DNA from: Octopus vulgaris
Taxonomy: Eukaryota
Length of the DNA: 64,000 bases
Reading direction: 5' to 3'
NCBI GenBank assembly: GCA_951406725.2
Contig: OX597826.1
Span: forward strand, 45,322,001 to 45,386,000
Each line of letters opens with the position of its first letter. Within the stretch, counting starts at the first letter, position 1. Positions 27,378 through 39,394 of this stretch are shown here, piece after piece. Below the pieces are notes generated by a model. It was not told the DNA's origin and did not search any database. It worked only from the letters and a program-made list of their open reading frames with translations. A program made the translations under genes and the position numbers.

Positions 27378-27620
27378 CAGCAGCAGCAATAGTAGTGGTA
27401 GTTGCGTCAATGACGTTGGTTGTAGTGATGCTGGCGTGATATTTGGTGGTGGTAGTGGTGGCCACAGTCGGAGTAGTTATTATTATGGTGGTGGTGGTGT
27501 TGGTGGTGTTGGTTGTGGTGGTGGTGGTGGTGGTGGTGTTGGTGTTGGTGGTGTTGGTGGTGGTGATGGTGGTGGTGGTGGTGGTGATGGTGGTGGTGGT
27601 GGTGACGATGGTGATAATGT
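26670..27620. repeat. Compound (AGT)n/(GGT)n/(ATT)n trinucleotide region
   Basis: Directly visible. Confidence 0.9.
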
Positions 27621-28019
27621 TTGGTAATTGTGGAGGTGATAATTGACAGTGGTGACACTGGTCATGATATTGATGTTATGATTATCAATGGCGCTGAAAA
27701 GTTTCGGGGTTGCATTTATTATTATTATTATTATTGCTGTTGTTAAGATCCCTGGTCTGTGTTTGGGGCAAGTCAAACTATTGATATTCGGCTTTGTTTT
27801 AATATTTCTTAGAATTTTGCTGGTTTCAGCCATTGGTACCGCCTTAAAGAATTGAAATTGAACGAATCAACTTCTGTACTTCATATTTCTCTTTAAGTCT
27901 GATACTAATTCCGTCGGTATCTTTCGCTGAAACCGCTAGGTTACGAGGACATAAAACAGTCATCGGATATTTGTGAGCGAAAACACAAACAGAAAGACGC
28001 ATGCACATACACAGGCTTT

Positions 28020-28093
<74 letters not shown>

Positions 28094-28772
28094 CACGTGC
28101 ATGTAAGCATATGGATATGAAAATAAACAGATCTATATACAGACGGATAGGTACATAGGTTATATGAATAGACAAATACACATATGCATATGGAGACTGA
28201 AACACATGACCATATATACACACACAGTTTACTCCACACAAGGACAGATATGGAGACACGTATACACACATATAGAGATGCACATCCATACATACATAGT
28301 TTCAAAACACACACACACACACAAGGTGACAGAGGTGCATACATATACAAACACACATGCATATATACATATGCATACACACATGTATACATATACACAC
28401 ACATATGCATACATACATGCATACATACATATATAACATACGTACATGCCTGCATAGGCACACACACTGACCCACACACATGCGCACAAACAAAAAAAAA
28501 GGAGCGTAGTTTAATAACGGACAGAGTCAAGAATGTTGAAAATGTTGCAAGACGCAACGAAAATTTTATTAAAATAAAAATATGAAATAAGTGGAAATGT
28601 TACCAGTGTGTGTGTTAAATTATAAGGCACAAAAAGAAAATGTCTCTCTCCAGACACAACAGTATATATATAGTCATTATGAAGATATATAAACCACTTA
28701 CAGGTATAGCTTATCCAAGATACACTGGTTTAAAATAGATATATTTTGAAAATATATTTTGATGCAGCACAG

Positions 28773-28828
28773 AATTTTGTCAGTGATCAGGTCGCGGTCT
28801 CAAAGCGACGAAAATATTTTGACAAATT
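28773..28828 (+). ncRNA. Minimal type I hammerhead ribozyme motif, G3-C8 variant
   Basis: tttgtca-GTGATCA-g-gtcgc(ggtctcaaa)gcgac-GAA-AATATT-T-tgacaaa: 7-bp stem I and palindromic loop III. Confidence 0.7.
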
Positions 28829-29074
28829 AAATTTAAATGTTGAAGTGAATCTAACGGTTTTTGTGTTTTCAAATGGCTTATAAACACCTTTCACACTGCA
28901 ATTGTTTTCGTTCCAGCACAAGCTCTCAGATCAAGTCACTTGCTATGCAAGTACATCTCAGTAATAGTTTGAAGATATAATTCTTCAATAAATATATTAT
29001 ACAAATATCAAATATCATTAAGTAACAAAATGAAGAGATATAATGGATATAAATTAATTTCAATTAATGAACAT

Positions 29075-29173
29075 GTCCTACACCTGTTTCAATTTACACT
29101 CAACACAAATTACAAAGTAATTATAAAGTAATTTTGCGTTTTGTAACATTTTAATTGAAATATCTTCAGGGTA
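29075..29173 (-). ncRNA. Hammerhead-like motif with long stem II
   Basis: Minus strand cc-CTGAAGA-(long AT hairpin)-GAAA-caggtg-TA-gg; stem I is weak. Confidence 0.45.
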
Positions 29174-29257
29174 AATCGACATTACGGAATTTACATGGGA
29201 GTCAATCGAGGTACTCCAGAAGATTAAGTAGAAGAAAGCGTTTTCAGTTATTTATGA

Positions 29258-29293
<36 letters not shown>

Positions 29294-30219
29294 GTGGCAA
29301 AGGAATTCTACAAAATTTTTTTGCCACCCTATATTGATTAATTATGAATTTTCTGGTTAATTCCGTAATGGAATCGACGGCTTATATTTATTTGCTGCCG
29401 ATAAATTTGGCGCGAGTGCGACGGTTTGAAAATTTTAGGTCAGATATAAACTTGGCAAGGTCGGAAATGCCTCGTGAAAATATCTGTTCCGACTTGGGCT
29501 ATTTCTTACTGAGGAATCTGAGGGCCTGTGGAAGATTGGCTTGATTTAATTTAATCAGGTTAGTTTACCATTAATCAGCAGATGAAACGGTATATCGTAT
29601 AAGAAATTACAGGGTAAATGTTTTTTAAATTTTCTCCTGGTTTACAGAATTAACTTTTATTTGCGGTTGAAGCTTTGGCTGTTATTTCTAGTAGGTGAAT
29701 GGCCTATTATGGCCGTTCCTTTATTGTTGATGTTAAACTTAAAAATGGTCTATGACTATTTAATTTTTTTCCTACTAGGCCGCTGGTGGCAAAGGAATTC
29801 TACAAAATTTTTTTGCCACCCTGTATTGATTAATTATGAATTTTCTGGTTAATTCCGTAATGGAATCGACGGCTTATATTTATTTGCTGCCGATAAATTT
29901 GGCGCGAGTGCGACGGTTTGAAAATTTTAGGTCAGATATAAACTTGGCAAGGTCGGAAATGCCTCGTGAAAATATCTGTTCCGACTTGGGCTATTTCTTA
30001 CTGAGGAATCTGAGGGCCTGTGGAAGATTGGCTTGATTTAATTTAATCAGGTTAGTTTACCATTAATCAGCAGATGAAACGGTATATCGTATAAGACATT
30101 ACAGGGTAAATGTTTTTTAAATTTTCTCCTGGTTTACAGAATTAACTTTTATTTGCGGTTGAAGCTTTGGCTGTTATTTCTAGTAGGTGAATGGCCTATT
30201 ATGGCCGTTCCTTTATTGT

Positions 30220-30223
<4 letters not shown>
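29294..30223. repeat. 492-bp tandem repeat (about 1.9 units) between (TA)n tracts
   Basis: Units start at 29294 and 29786; only about 2 substitutions seen; identical ORFs at 29344 and 29836. Confidence 0.95.
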
Positions 30224-30258
<35 letters not shown>

Positions 30259-30291
30259 CGCCGTAATCAAATGACTGAAGCAAGTAAAAGA

Positions 30292-30351
<60 letters not shown>

Positions 30352-30352
<1 letters not shown>

Positions 30353-30528
30353 TAAAACAAACATACTTTTCGGGTTTTTTTTGACATTCACTAGTACAAC
30401 ACTAAATACAAAACCAAATATATGGCACACTAGGCACAACATCACGAACTTCCAACGTGTTGTCTCTTGAGGTCTTGGGGTGAGACTTGGAGCCAACTTG
30501 TACAAATATAAAGCAAAAGTCAAACATA

Positions 30529-30530
<2 letters not shown>
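30352..30530 (+). mobile_element. Short insertion in (TAA)n, possibly the 3' UTR of an R4/Dong-like element
   Basis: Bounded by (AAT)n on both sides; R4/Dong-type elements are known to target TAA repeats; no coding evidence. Confidence 0.35.
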
Positions 30531-30563
<33 letters not shown>

Positions 30564-30565
30564 TA

Positions 30566-30619
<54 letters not shown>

Positions 30620-30669
30620 CATACATACATGCATGCATACATACACACGCATATATATTTATGTATACA

Positions 30670-30830
30670 CCGGGTTTCCACACAATCTCCGTCTACCAAA
30701 TTCACTCACCAAAGGCATTGGTCGGCACGTGGTTATAGTAGAGGACACTTGCCTATGTTGCTGCGCAGTGGGACTGAACCCGAAACTACATGGTTTCAAA
30801 TCAAACGTCTTAGCTACATACCAACGTCTG
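30670..30830 (-). mobile_element. SINE family B, 5' half
   Basis: ccgtctaccaaattcactcac...cgcagtgggactgaacccg. Confidence 0.8.
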
Positions 30831-31290
30831 CTTCTATGCGCGCACGCGTATGTATTTTGAAGGTTGCGTGAGTGTATATTTATCAGGGCTGTGTGGGAGA
30901 GATTATGATTTTAGGATTCTGTTGTATTAATGTTCTGCGTTGTTGCATATGTCCCTGCAGGGAGGTGGGTACGGGTGGTATACTAGATATTCTGTGTAGT
31001 GGCAGAGAATTTAAGGATTATAAATTATTATTGCGGTAGCAAACTCCCCTGCTCCCATTCATATCCAGGTGGCTTTTCATTTATCGTTCTTGATCTGTTG
31101 CGTAGGTGGTCTTTTGGTGAGGTCTCTGCTTAATAGGTGACGATACACAGTGCACTGTATGGCGTATTTCGTACACTATTACGATTTCCTGTCGAAAGAC
31201 TAAGCATCCAAGCAGACGTTGTATAACCTATGATCAATCTAATATGTTGGTTGTATATGTCCGTCTTTCTTTTATTAAATGTGGGACGTG

Positions 31291-31349
<59 letters not shown>

Positions 31350-31459
31350 TCTGGTAGGAAAGCAGTGGTCATGACCCATTTATGAGACATTTTAGCACAG
31401 CCGTTGGTGCCGTCTGGTTGGCGTCATTGATTTGACATTTTGATATTTCTGTCGCTCTA

Positions 31460-31675
31460 GGGTGGCGAGCTGGCAGAATCGTTAGTACGCCGAACAAAAT
31501 ACTTAGCGGCATTTCATCCGTCCTTACGTTTGGAGTTCAAATTGTGCCGTGACCCATTTTGCTTTTCATCTTTTTGGAGTCGATAAAATAAGTCCCAACT
31601 GAGCAATGGGGTCGATGTAATTGACTTAACCACTCCTCCAAATTTGCTGGCCTTGTACCAAAATTTGAAACCAAT
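31460..31675 (+). mobile_element. SINE family A (alternative tail)
   Basis: ggtggcgagctggcagaatcgttag...ggccttgtaccaaaatttgaaacc. Confidence 0.85.
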
Positions 31676-31767
31676 ATTTTATTCGCTCTCTTCCTTCCCC
31701 TTTCACCTTCTATCCCCCCCCTCTGTCCCTATGCTTACGTGTGAACATCGAGTTATGTTTTATCATA

Positions 31768-32195
31768 GGCGTAGGAGTGGCTGTGTGGTAAGTAGCTTGC
31801 TTACCAACCACATGGTTCCGGGTTCAGTACCATTGCGTGGCACCTTGGGCAAGTGTCTTCTACTATAGCCTCGGGCCGACCAAAGCCTTGTGAGCGGATT
31901 TGGTAGACGGAAACTGAGAGAAGCCCGTTGTGTATATGTATATATATATATATATATGTATGTATGTGTGTGTGTATATGTTTGTGTGTGTCTGTGTTTG
32001 TCTCCTCAGTATCGCTTGACAACCGATGGTGTTGTATTTACGTCCCCGTAACTTAGCGGTTCGGCAAAAGACACCGATAGATTAAGTACTAGGCTTACAA
32101 AGAATAAGTCCTGGGGTCGATTTGCTCGACGAAAGGCGGTGCTCCAGCATGACCACAGTCAAATAACTGAAACAAGTAAAAGAGTAAAAAAAGAG
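31768..32195 (+). mobile_element. Full SINE family B
   Basis: ggcgtaggagtggctgtgtggtaagtagc...gggttcagtacc...ctgaaacaagtaaaagagt. Confidence 0.92.
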
Positions 32196-32467
32196 TATGT
32201 GTAATCTCTCTCTCTCTCTCACTCCCTCCCTGTGGATATGCACGTGGAATGAGAGAAAACACTAGAAGGAAACACGGAAGTATGGGAATAATTAGAGAGG
32301 GGAGAGGCAACTAAAATGGAATCAGTACTATGAAGACATCAGTCGACGATAAACAGTGAAAAGAGAGGTAGATTATAGGAATAAGAAAGAGACAGAAACA
32401 ATGTAGTGGTGGTGGTGGTGGGAGCTGTCTCTCATAGTGTAGACAATAATATATATATGTGTATAAA

Positions 32468-32698
32468 AGGCGGCGAGCTGGCAGAAACGTTAGCGCCCCG
32501 GGCGAAATGCTTAGCGGTATTTCGTCTGACGTTATGTTCTGAGTTCAAATTCCGCCGAGGTAGACTTTGCCTTTCATCCTTTCGGGGTAGATAAATAAAG
32601 TACCAGTTTCGCACTGGGGTCGATGTAATCGACTTAATCCATTTGTCTGTCCTTGTTTGTCCCCTCTATATTTAGCCCCTTGTGGGTAGTAAAGAAAT
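32468..32698 (+). mobile_element. Full SINE family A
   Basis: Well-preserved copy with A/B boxes and tail ...gggtagtaaagaaata. Confidence 0.95.
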
Positions 32699-32729
32699 AT
32701 ATATATATGTGTATAATACTAGAACGTTT

Positions 32730-32930
32730 CTTTTAATTGTATCAGTCATTTGAGTGCGGTCATGTTGAAACACCGTCTGGAAGGGTTTTAGTCCCCCCCT
32801 CCCGGGGACTTATTGTTTGAATCCTAGTACATATTCTATCGTCTCTTTTGCCGAACCGCTTAGCTCACAGGGACGTAAACACAACAACACCGGTTGTCAA
32901 GCTGTGAAGGGGACAGACACAGACACAAAG
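32730..32930 (-). mobile_element. SINE family B, 3' half
   Basis: tcagtcatttga...tttgccgaaccgct...gggacgtaaacac. Confidence 0.8.
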
Positions 32931-32931
32931 A

Positions 32932-32977
<46 letters not shown>

Positions 32978-33074
32978 CAATAATTAAGGGTAAAATCAAT
33001 TAGTTAATAATTAATTTCACCAAGTAGTGTTCAGTATGTAAAAGGACCATTCAAGGCGTATTCAAAATATTACT

Positions 33075-33167
33075 TTATATAATTAAGGGCTCAGTAAAAT
33101 AATTTACTTTGCCACATACTGAAATTTCAGTATGTGGCAAAGTAAATTATATTACTGAGCCCTTAAT

Positions 33168-33174
<7 letters not shown>
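33075..33174. repeat. 100-bp loopless palindrome
   Basis: 50-bp arms meet at gaaa|tttc (33124/33125) with one mismatch. Confidence 0.95.
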
Positions 33175-33212
<38 letters not shown>

Positions 33213-33347
33213 GTAGGTATCAGTTAGAGGGGTTTAATACCGAAACATAGATTGATACTTCGGTTAGAATAAGAAAATAATTGATACATATGTGATGGTA
33301 ATAGAAGCAAAGTTAGTAAATCTCAAAAGTGTCGATCCAGAATTTTA

Positions 33348-33392
33348 ATACTGACGTTAATTTCAGCAGTTTCCGTTGCCTCATCAGTTAAG
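33348..33392 (-). ncRNA. Hammerhead-like core, atypical stem I
   Basis: Minus strand CTGATGA-ggca(acggaaac)tgct-GAAA-ttaacg-TC; the flanks do not pair canonically. Confidence 0.4.
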
Positions 33393-33587
33393 CCCGCTCG
33401 ATTGTTCAGCTCTTTTCGAGCTCGCCTTGCCATTAATATCAAACCTAATATTTACAGGCTCTTATTATTTATGTGTACTTCAAGATCCACTATTCCCACA
33501 ATTCACAAATACACGCACACGCACACACACATGTATATAAATATATATGCATGTGTGAGTATATATGTATATATGTATGTGTGTGTG

Positions 33588-33630
<43 letters not shown>

Positions 33631-33783
33631 TTGTTTATATATATGCATGCGTGTGTGCGTGTGTGTTTGTGTATGTGTGTGTTTGTGCGTGTGCATAAAT
33701 TGTTTATTCCATTTATACACAGGTGTTTCGTAATCTGTCTTGTTACATCATCTGACATATATATAAATAAATATACATACACA

Positions 33784-33829
<46 letters not shown>

Positions 33830-34575
33830 TATATATATAATTAATATAAACAGCAGTTTGCAAAACGAAAAATTATAATTGTCACTAAATGTGACTGGGG
33901 TGTTAAGGAAACACCTACAGTGCTAGAAATAAGAGCTAAACCGCTCAAATGCTGTATTTAACGCACATGAATGAAAACACACACACATACACACATAAAT
34001 ATAAGCATGCTGATACACAGTCAACAGAATACACTTCAGAATATTGATGGCGGTGGTGATGCTGCTGCTAGTATTAGCGGTGATATTGCATAAATGGAAG
34101 TGGTGATGCTAATGGTGGCCCGTTACTATTAAGGCTATCATCTAACGCAATTTCCTGATTACCTGTTACTTATTAGTAACGGGTTTTCAGAAAAATATGC
34201 TGGCTACAGTTTTCACTTGAAAATAGAGTATTTACCTGAAAATATGTTGGCTAGATTATTTAACTGAAAGCCCATCACTGTAATTTTGTCAGCCAGGGTA
34301 TTTACCTGGGACCCTCTTACTGTCAAGCATGTCAAACACAGAATTTGCTAGAAAGTCGGTCAGTATTTAATAAACTCCCAAAATACAAAATTATACAAAA
34401 CAGTGTTCTATATATTGTTATATGCGAGTGCATATGTTTATTGGTGTATCTATGCTTCTTTGTGAGAGTATACGTATCTAAGAATGTAAGCCTGTGTGTA
34501 TATGTATCTGTCAGTGTATATATCTGTGTGTTGCGACTGTGTGTGAGAGAGAGGAAGAGAGAGAAAGAGAGAAAG

Positions 34576-34615
<40 letters not shown>

Positions 34616-35144
34616 CACAACACACACAATTTTACACCTACAACGAATTTTAATACTCTGTCGTAAATTAGGGCGGTGGAAGCTGGCAGAATGGACAGCT
34701 CGTCGGCCAGACACGGTCCTCTTCGGTAAAGCCTTTATCGACTATTTTCGGAGAGAAACGTGAGGGCGGGGAAGTAAGTGCTGTCACTCAAAGCGAATTT
34801 GCAAAAATTCAGGTGACCGTGGCAGAAACGTTCGAGGGAGAGTTAGCCCTACTCTAAGCATGCGCGAGTGAGTTGGAGGAAAACATCTGATTGAAAGCGC
34901 AGGAAACTGTAGCCAGTGTGATCCTTTATCTGTGGAGTTACTTGATTGGTCCTTGTTGGGTGCACCTCTGCACCAGGGGAACTGCATGTTTCATGAATTC
35001 ATATACATAGCATACTAATCTATGCCTTTATCTTATTTCACCGCTCCCTTCTTGATCCTCACCTTTTTCTGTAAACCCCAACATAATTTCTGAACTGTCC
35101 TTGTAATGTCCCCTTCACCCCCCATGCCCTTGTGACTAGGAAAA

Positions 35145-35231
35145 TCATCATCATCGTCATCATCATCATTATCGTCATCATCATCATTATCATCATCATC
35201 CTCATCATCATCGTCGTCGTCATCGTCGTCG

Positions 35232-35273
<42 letters not shown>

Positions 35274-35335
35274 CCACCACCACCACCACCACCACCACCA
35301 CCACCACCACCATCATTATCATCATCATCATAATC

Positions 35336-35367
<32 letters not shown>

Positions 35368-35484
35368 TAATATCATTATTAGTAATACTTTTTTATCGTT
35401 CGATTCTATATAACAAACCCAGCACTTGATATCTGTGTTTGTACTGCCCTCTTCATACGTAAGGAGGCAACAAAATTCATCTCT

Positions 35485-35519
<35 letters not shown>

Positions 35520-35802
35520 TATCATCATCATCAACGCCATCATTATCATCACCAATATCGTCTACCTTTGTTTCCCTTATCCTTTGATGTTCTTCCCCCA
35601 ACAAACACAGATTCTGAAACGTCCTTGTGATGTTCTCCTCATATGATACCCCTGTGGTAAATAAAATAAATCATTATCCTTACAACCGTTGTTGAAAAAT
35701 TCCTGTCGGTGCTGTGGGTGCTCTTGTTCTTGGGAGCAGTGGTGGCGTCGGCGGCGGATTTTAATGATGTTAACGACAGCAACGATGATGATGACGATGA
35801 TG

Positions 35803-35835
<33 letters not shown>

Positions 35836-35928
35836 GTGATAAAGATGCCGACGATGACGATGACAATGATCATGATCATGATAGTGATGATGATGATGAT
35901 GGTTGATGACGGTCATGGTGATGATGAA

Positions 35929-35965
<37 letters not shown>

Positions 35966-36066
35966 ATGGTGATGGTGATGATTGTGATAAAGATGCCGAC
36001 GATGACGATGACAATGATCATGATCATGATAGTGATGATGATGATGATGGTTGATGGCGGTGATGG

Positions 36067-36097
<31 letters not shown>

Positions 36098-36099
36098 AA

Positions 36100-36177
<78 letters not shown>

Positions 36178-36319
36178 CGATGATGATCACATTGATGATG
36201 AAAATGACAATGGTAATTCGCGTTGATAATGATGATGATGATAAGGATGATGATGATGATAACGCCGACGACGGCGGCAACGACAATTTTGTCATGATGA
36301 TGATGATGACTATGATGAT

Positions 36320-36361
<42 letters not shown>

Positions 36362-36867
36362 GACAATAACGGTGATAAATATAATGAGTATGCTGATCAC
36401 AATGATAATGATGATGATGAAAATGGTGTTGTCGATGCTGCTGCTGTTGATGCTGCTGATGATGATGATGATGGTCACCACGACGACCACGGTGACTCCG
36501 GTATTGTTGATGTTATTGTCGTTAAAATTAAGTTTGCAGCGGTTGTACTGAATGAGAAGAATTATAAAGAAAAAGAAAAAAAGAAAAAAGAAAAAAAGAG
36601 AAAAGAACAGGAGATAGAGAAGAAAAGGGGGTGAGTGTGCAGTGAAGGAAAGAAAAGTGACGCTAGAGGGCACTACTAGTGAGGTAGCAGCTGCAATGCT
36701 TTAAACATAGAGAGACAGTGACAGGCAGGCAGACAGGCGGGCGATGATGCGACAATGCAACGACGGTAGTTCGGCGCCTCTTTCTGCAGTAGGAATGCGG
36801 CGGCGACCGACAAACAGAGGTGGAGTGAAAAAGCTGGTGTCATATCTCATTGGTGTAGAGAGAGAGG

Positions 36868-36914
<47 letters not shown>

Positions 36915-37062
36915 GTGATTGTGTGTGTGTGCGTCTGTGTGTGTGTGTGCGTATGTGTGCGAATGTGTGTGCGTATGTGTGCATGTATTTGGAGTTTGGG
37001 GTGTCGATGGAGAACCACTTGACAACAATTAGTTCACTAGTCCGTATGACTTATTATTACTA

Positions 37063-37125
<63 letters not shown>

Positions 37126-37446
37126 CATTATTGTTATTATTATTATTATCATTATTATTATTATTATTATCATTATTATTATTATTATTAGTAGTAGTAG
37201 TAGTAGTAGTAGTGGTAGTAGTTGTAGTAGTAGTAGAAGTAGTTGTAGTAGTAGTAGTGGTTGTAGCAGTGGTAGTAGTGATGGTGATGGTGGTGGTGGT
37301 GGCGGTTGTTCTTGGGGGTTGTGAATGGTATTGTTAATCGTGGCAGTAGTGGTAGTTGTGATGGTGGTGGAGATGGTTGCAGTGGTGGTGGTAGTAGTAG
37401 TGGTGGTGGTGGTGGAAGTTGCAGTAGTCGCAGAAGCAGCAGTAGC

Positions 37447-37478
<32 letters not shown>

Positions 37479-37486
37479 CAGGAGCG

Positions 37487-37545
<59 letters not shown>
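35145..37545. repeat. Extended (ATC/GAT), (ACC), (ATT), (AGT) trinucleotide region with unique spacers
   Basis: Directly visible; includes a 148-bp-period duplication at 35830-36056. Confidence 0.9.
36658..36676 (+). promoter_or_regulatory. Candidate CTCF-like motif
   Basis: TGACGCTAGAGGGCACTAC next to a CpG-richer unique stretch (36700-36850); motif match only. Confidence 0.3.
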
Positions 37546-37546
<1 letters not shown>

Positions 37547-37817
37547 AAATAATTGTTTCCAACATTTCTTTCTTAATAATGAACACACACGTTCATTAGA
37601 CATATTGGCAACGTTAATTCAAAAAATATAAATTAAAAAACAAAACAATTCGAGCGTACGTTCACACACACACACACACACACACGCACATACAGGGATA
37701 CACGGAGTGATATACGCATATGACGCGCTAACACACCTGCAAACATAATCACAGGTACAGTGACGTATACATACATGCATATATACATACATACTCGTGT
37801 ATGTATGTGTGTAGGTG

Positions 37818-37874
<57 letters not shown>

Positions 37875-38038
37875 GGGGACTGTGTATGCATCATTCACAC
37901 AGGTATTCATAAAACTCGAACTCGGAGTGAGGACATTTCTGTGTTATGCATTTTCCTTTCGTTCTAATTACGAAATGGAGACCACAAAAGTTTTTTTTTC
38001 TTGTACATATATAATATAGCATGTAAACCACATAAGAG

Positions 38039-38076
<38 letters not shown>

Positions 38077-38182
38077 TAAAAGAAAACGAAAACAAACCTA
38101 AGGCAGGATGAACGTCTCAGGTCATTTAGAATATTCAATTAGAGTAAGATGAATCAAAAATGGAGAAGTAGAAGTAAATAAC

Positions 38183-38258
38183 GTCTTACAGCTGTTTCAT
38201 GGATATCCCAGAAGATGGGTCAACATCTCCATACACTGTGTATTCCGTCATCAGAGAC
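38183..38258 (-). ncRNA. Type I hammerhead motif (canonical core) in a pLTR-like element
   Basis: Minus strand gtct-CTGATGA-...atgga...tccat-GAA-ACAGCTGT-A-agac; palindromic loop III. Confidence 0.7.
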
Positions 38259-38475
38259 AAGGTGTGCATGCAGAATATTCTAGACAGACCATTCACAGTA
38301 TACAAAATAATAAAATAGTAGGCGGAAGAATAAAGGCAGGTGAATAAGTTCACAGTTCATCTTGTTCCTTTATATCACTTACGCAGCGTGCCTTTTGGTT
38401 TAGACCCTTCACATTTTTTTCTTTTTTTTTCAGGATTAAATACAAAGAAGACAAGAAACGGAAAATATGACATAC

Positions 38476-38603
<128 letters not shown>

Positions 38604-38758
38604 AAAGCAATTAAGATTCAAGTCAGTTCTAATGAATTCACTTGAATGCGGTACTTAACTTAGATGCACCAAAAACTATATGATATTAACCATACAATAA
38701 TGTGGGGTGATTATAAACGAGAAAAAAGCAACAAGAATGGATTAGTTGCTTTTTTCTC

Positions 38759-38812
<54 letters not shown>

Positions 38813-38836
38813 AGAGAGAGAGAGGGAGGGAGGGAG

Positions 38837-39030
38837 AATTCACAAAAAACAAAAGACGAAGACAGGTGGTGTAGGCAACAAACAGATGTATTAGTATAAC
38901 GCTCGGTAAGTGAAAGAGTCTTTAATGTTTCGAGCCTACGCTCTTCCACAGAAAGGAATATAGAAAGAAAAAGGAGAGAAAAAAAAAGAATGTGTAGTGG
39001 CTAGCGATCTATCATGGCGAATGCCGGACA
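38837..39030 (-). mobile_element. pLTR-like element with a hammerhead motif (38920-38955)
   Basis: Minus strand cttt-CTGTGGA-a-gagc(gtag)gctc-GAAA-ca-TT-aaag; same family at 50440-50660 and 55697-55880. Confidence 0.7.
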
Positions 39031-39338
39031 GAAGGAAAAAATCTGTAGTAAATACGCAAACGAACATATACTAAATACACAGGAGAATAGGAAACACAGA
39101 AGGTCACCAACTCCTCATCAGTTATCAGAGGGTCAAACGCAATTTCGGCTATTATCGATAATATTGCTTCCCCTCTGGAGGGAAGAAACTTACCGGGAAT
39201 GGGACCAAAGCATAACAGAACGAAACGGACTCGAGACGAGTTAGTGGACGGACGAGAGAGAAAACAATGAATAATAAATGCTTAGAGCCAGACAAAAGTA
39301 GGTAACGGGAAGGAGAAATGAAAACTGTCCTAAAGGAC

Positions 39339-39394
<56 letters not shown>

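Noticed and set aside
29344-30036. Identical 66-aa ORFs at 29344 and 29836
   Set aside because: A by-product of the 492-bp tandem duplication with no recognisable protein features
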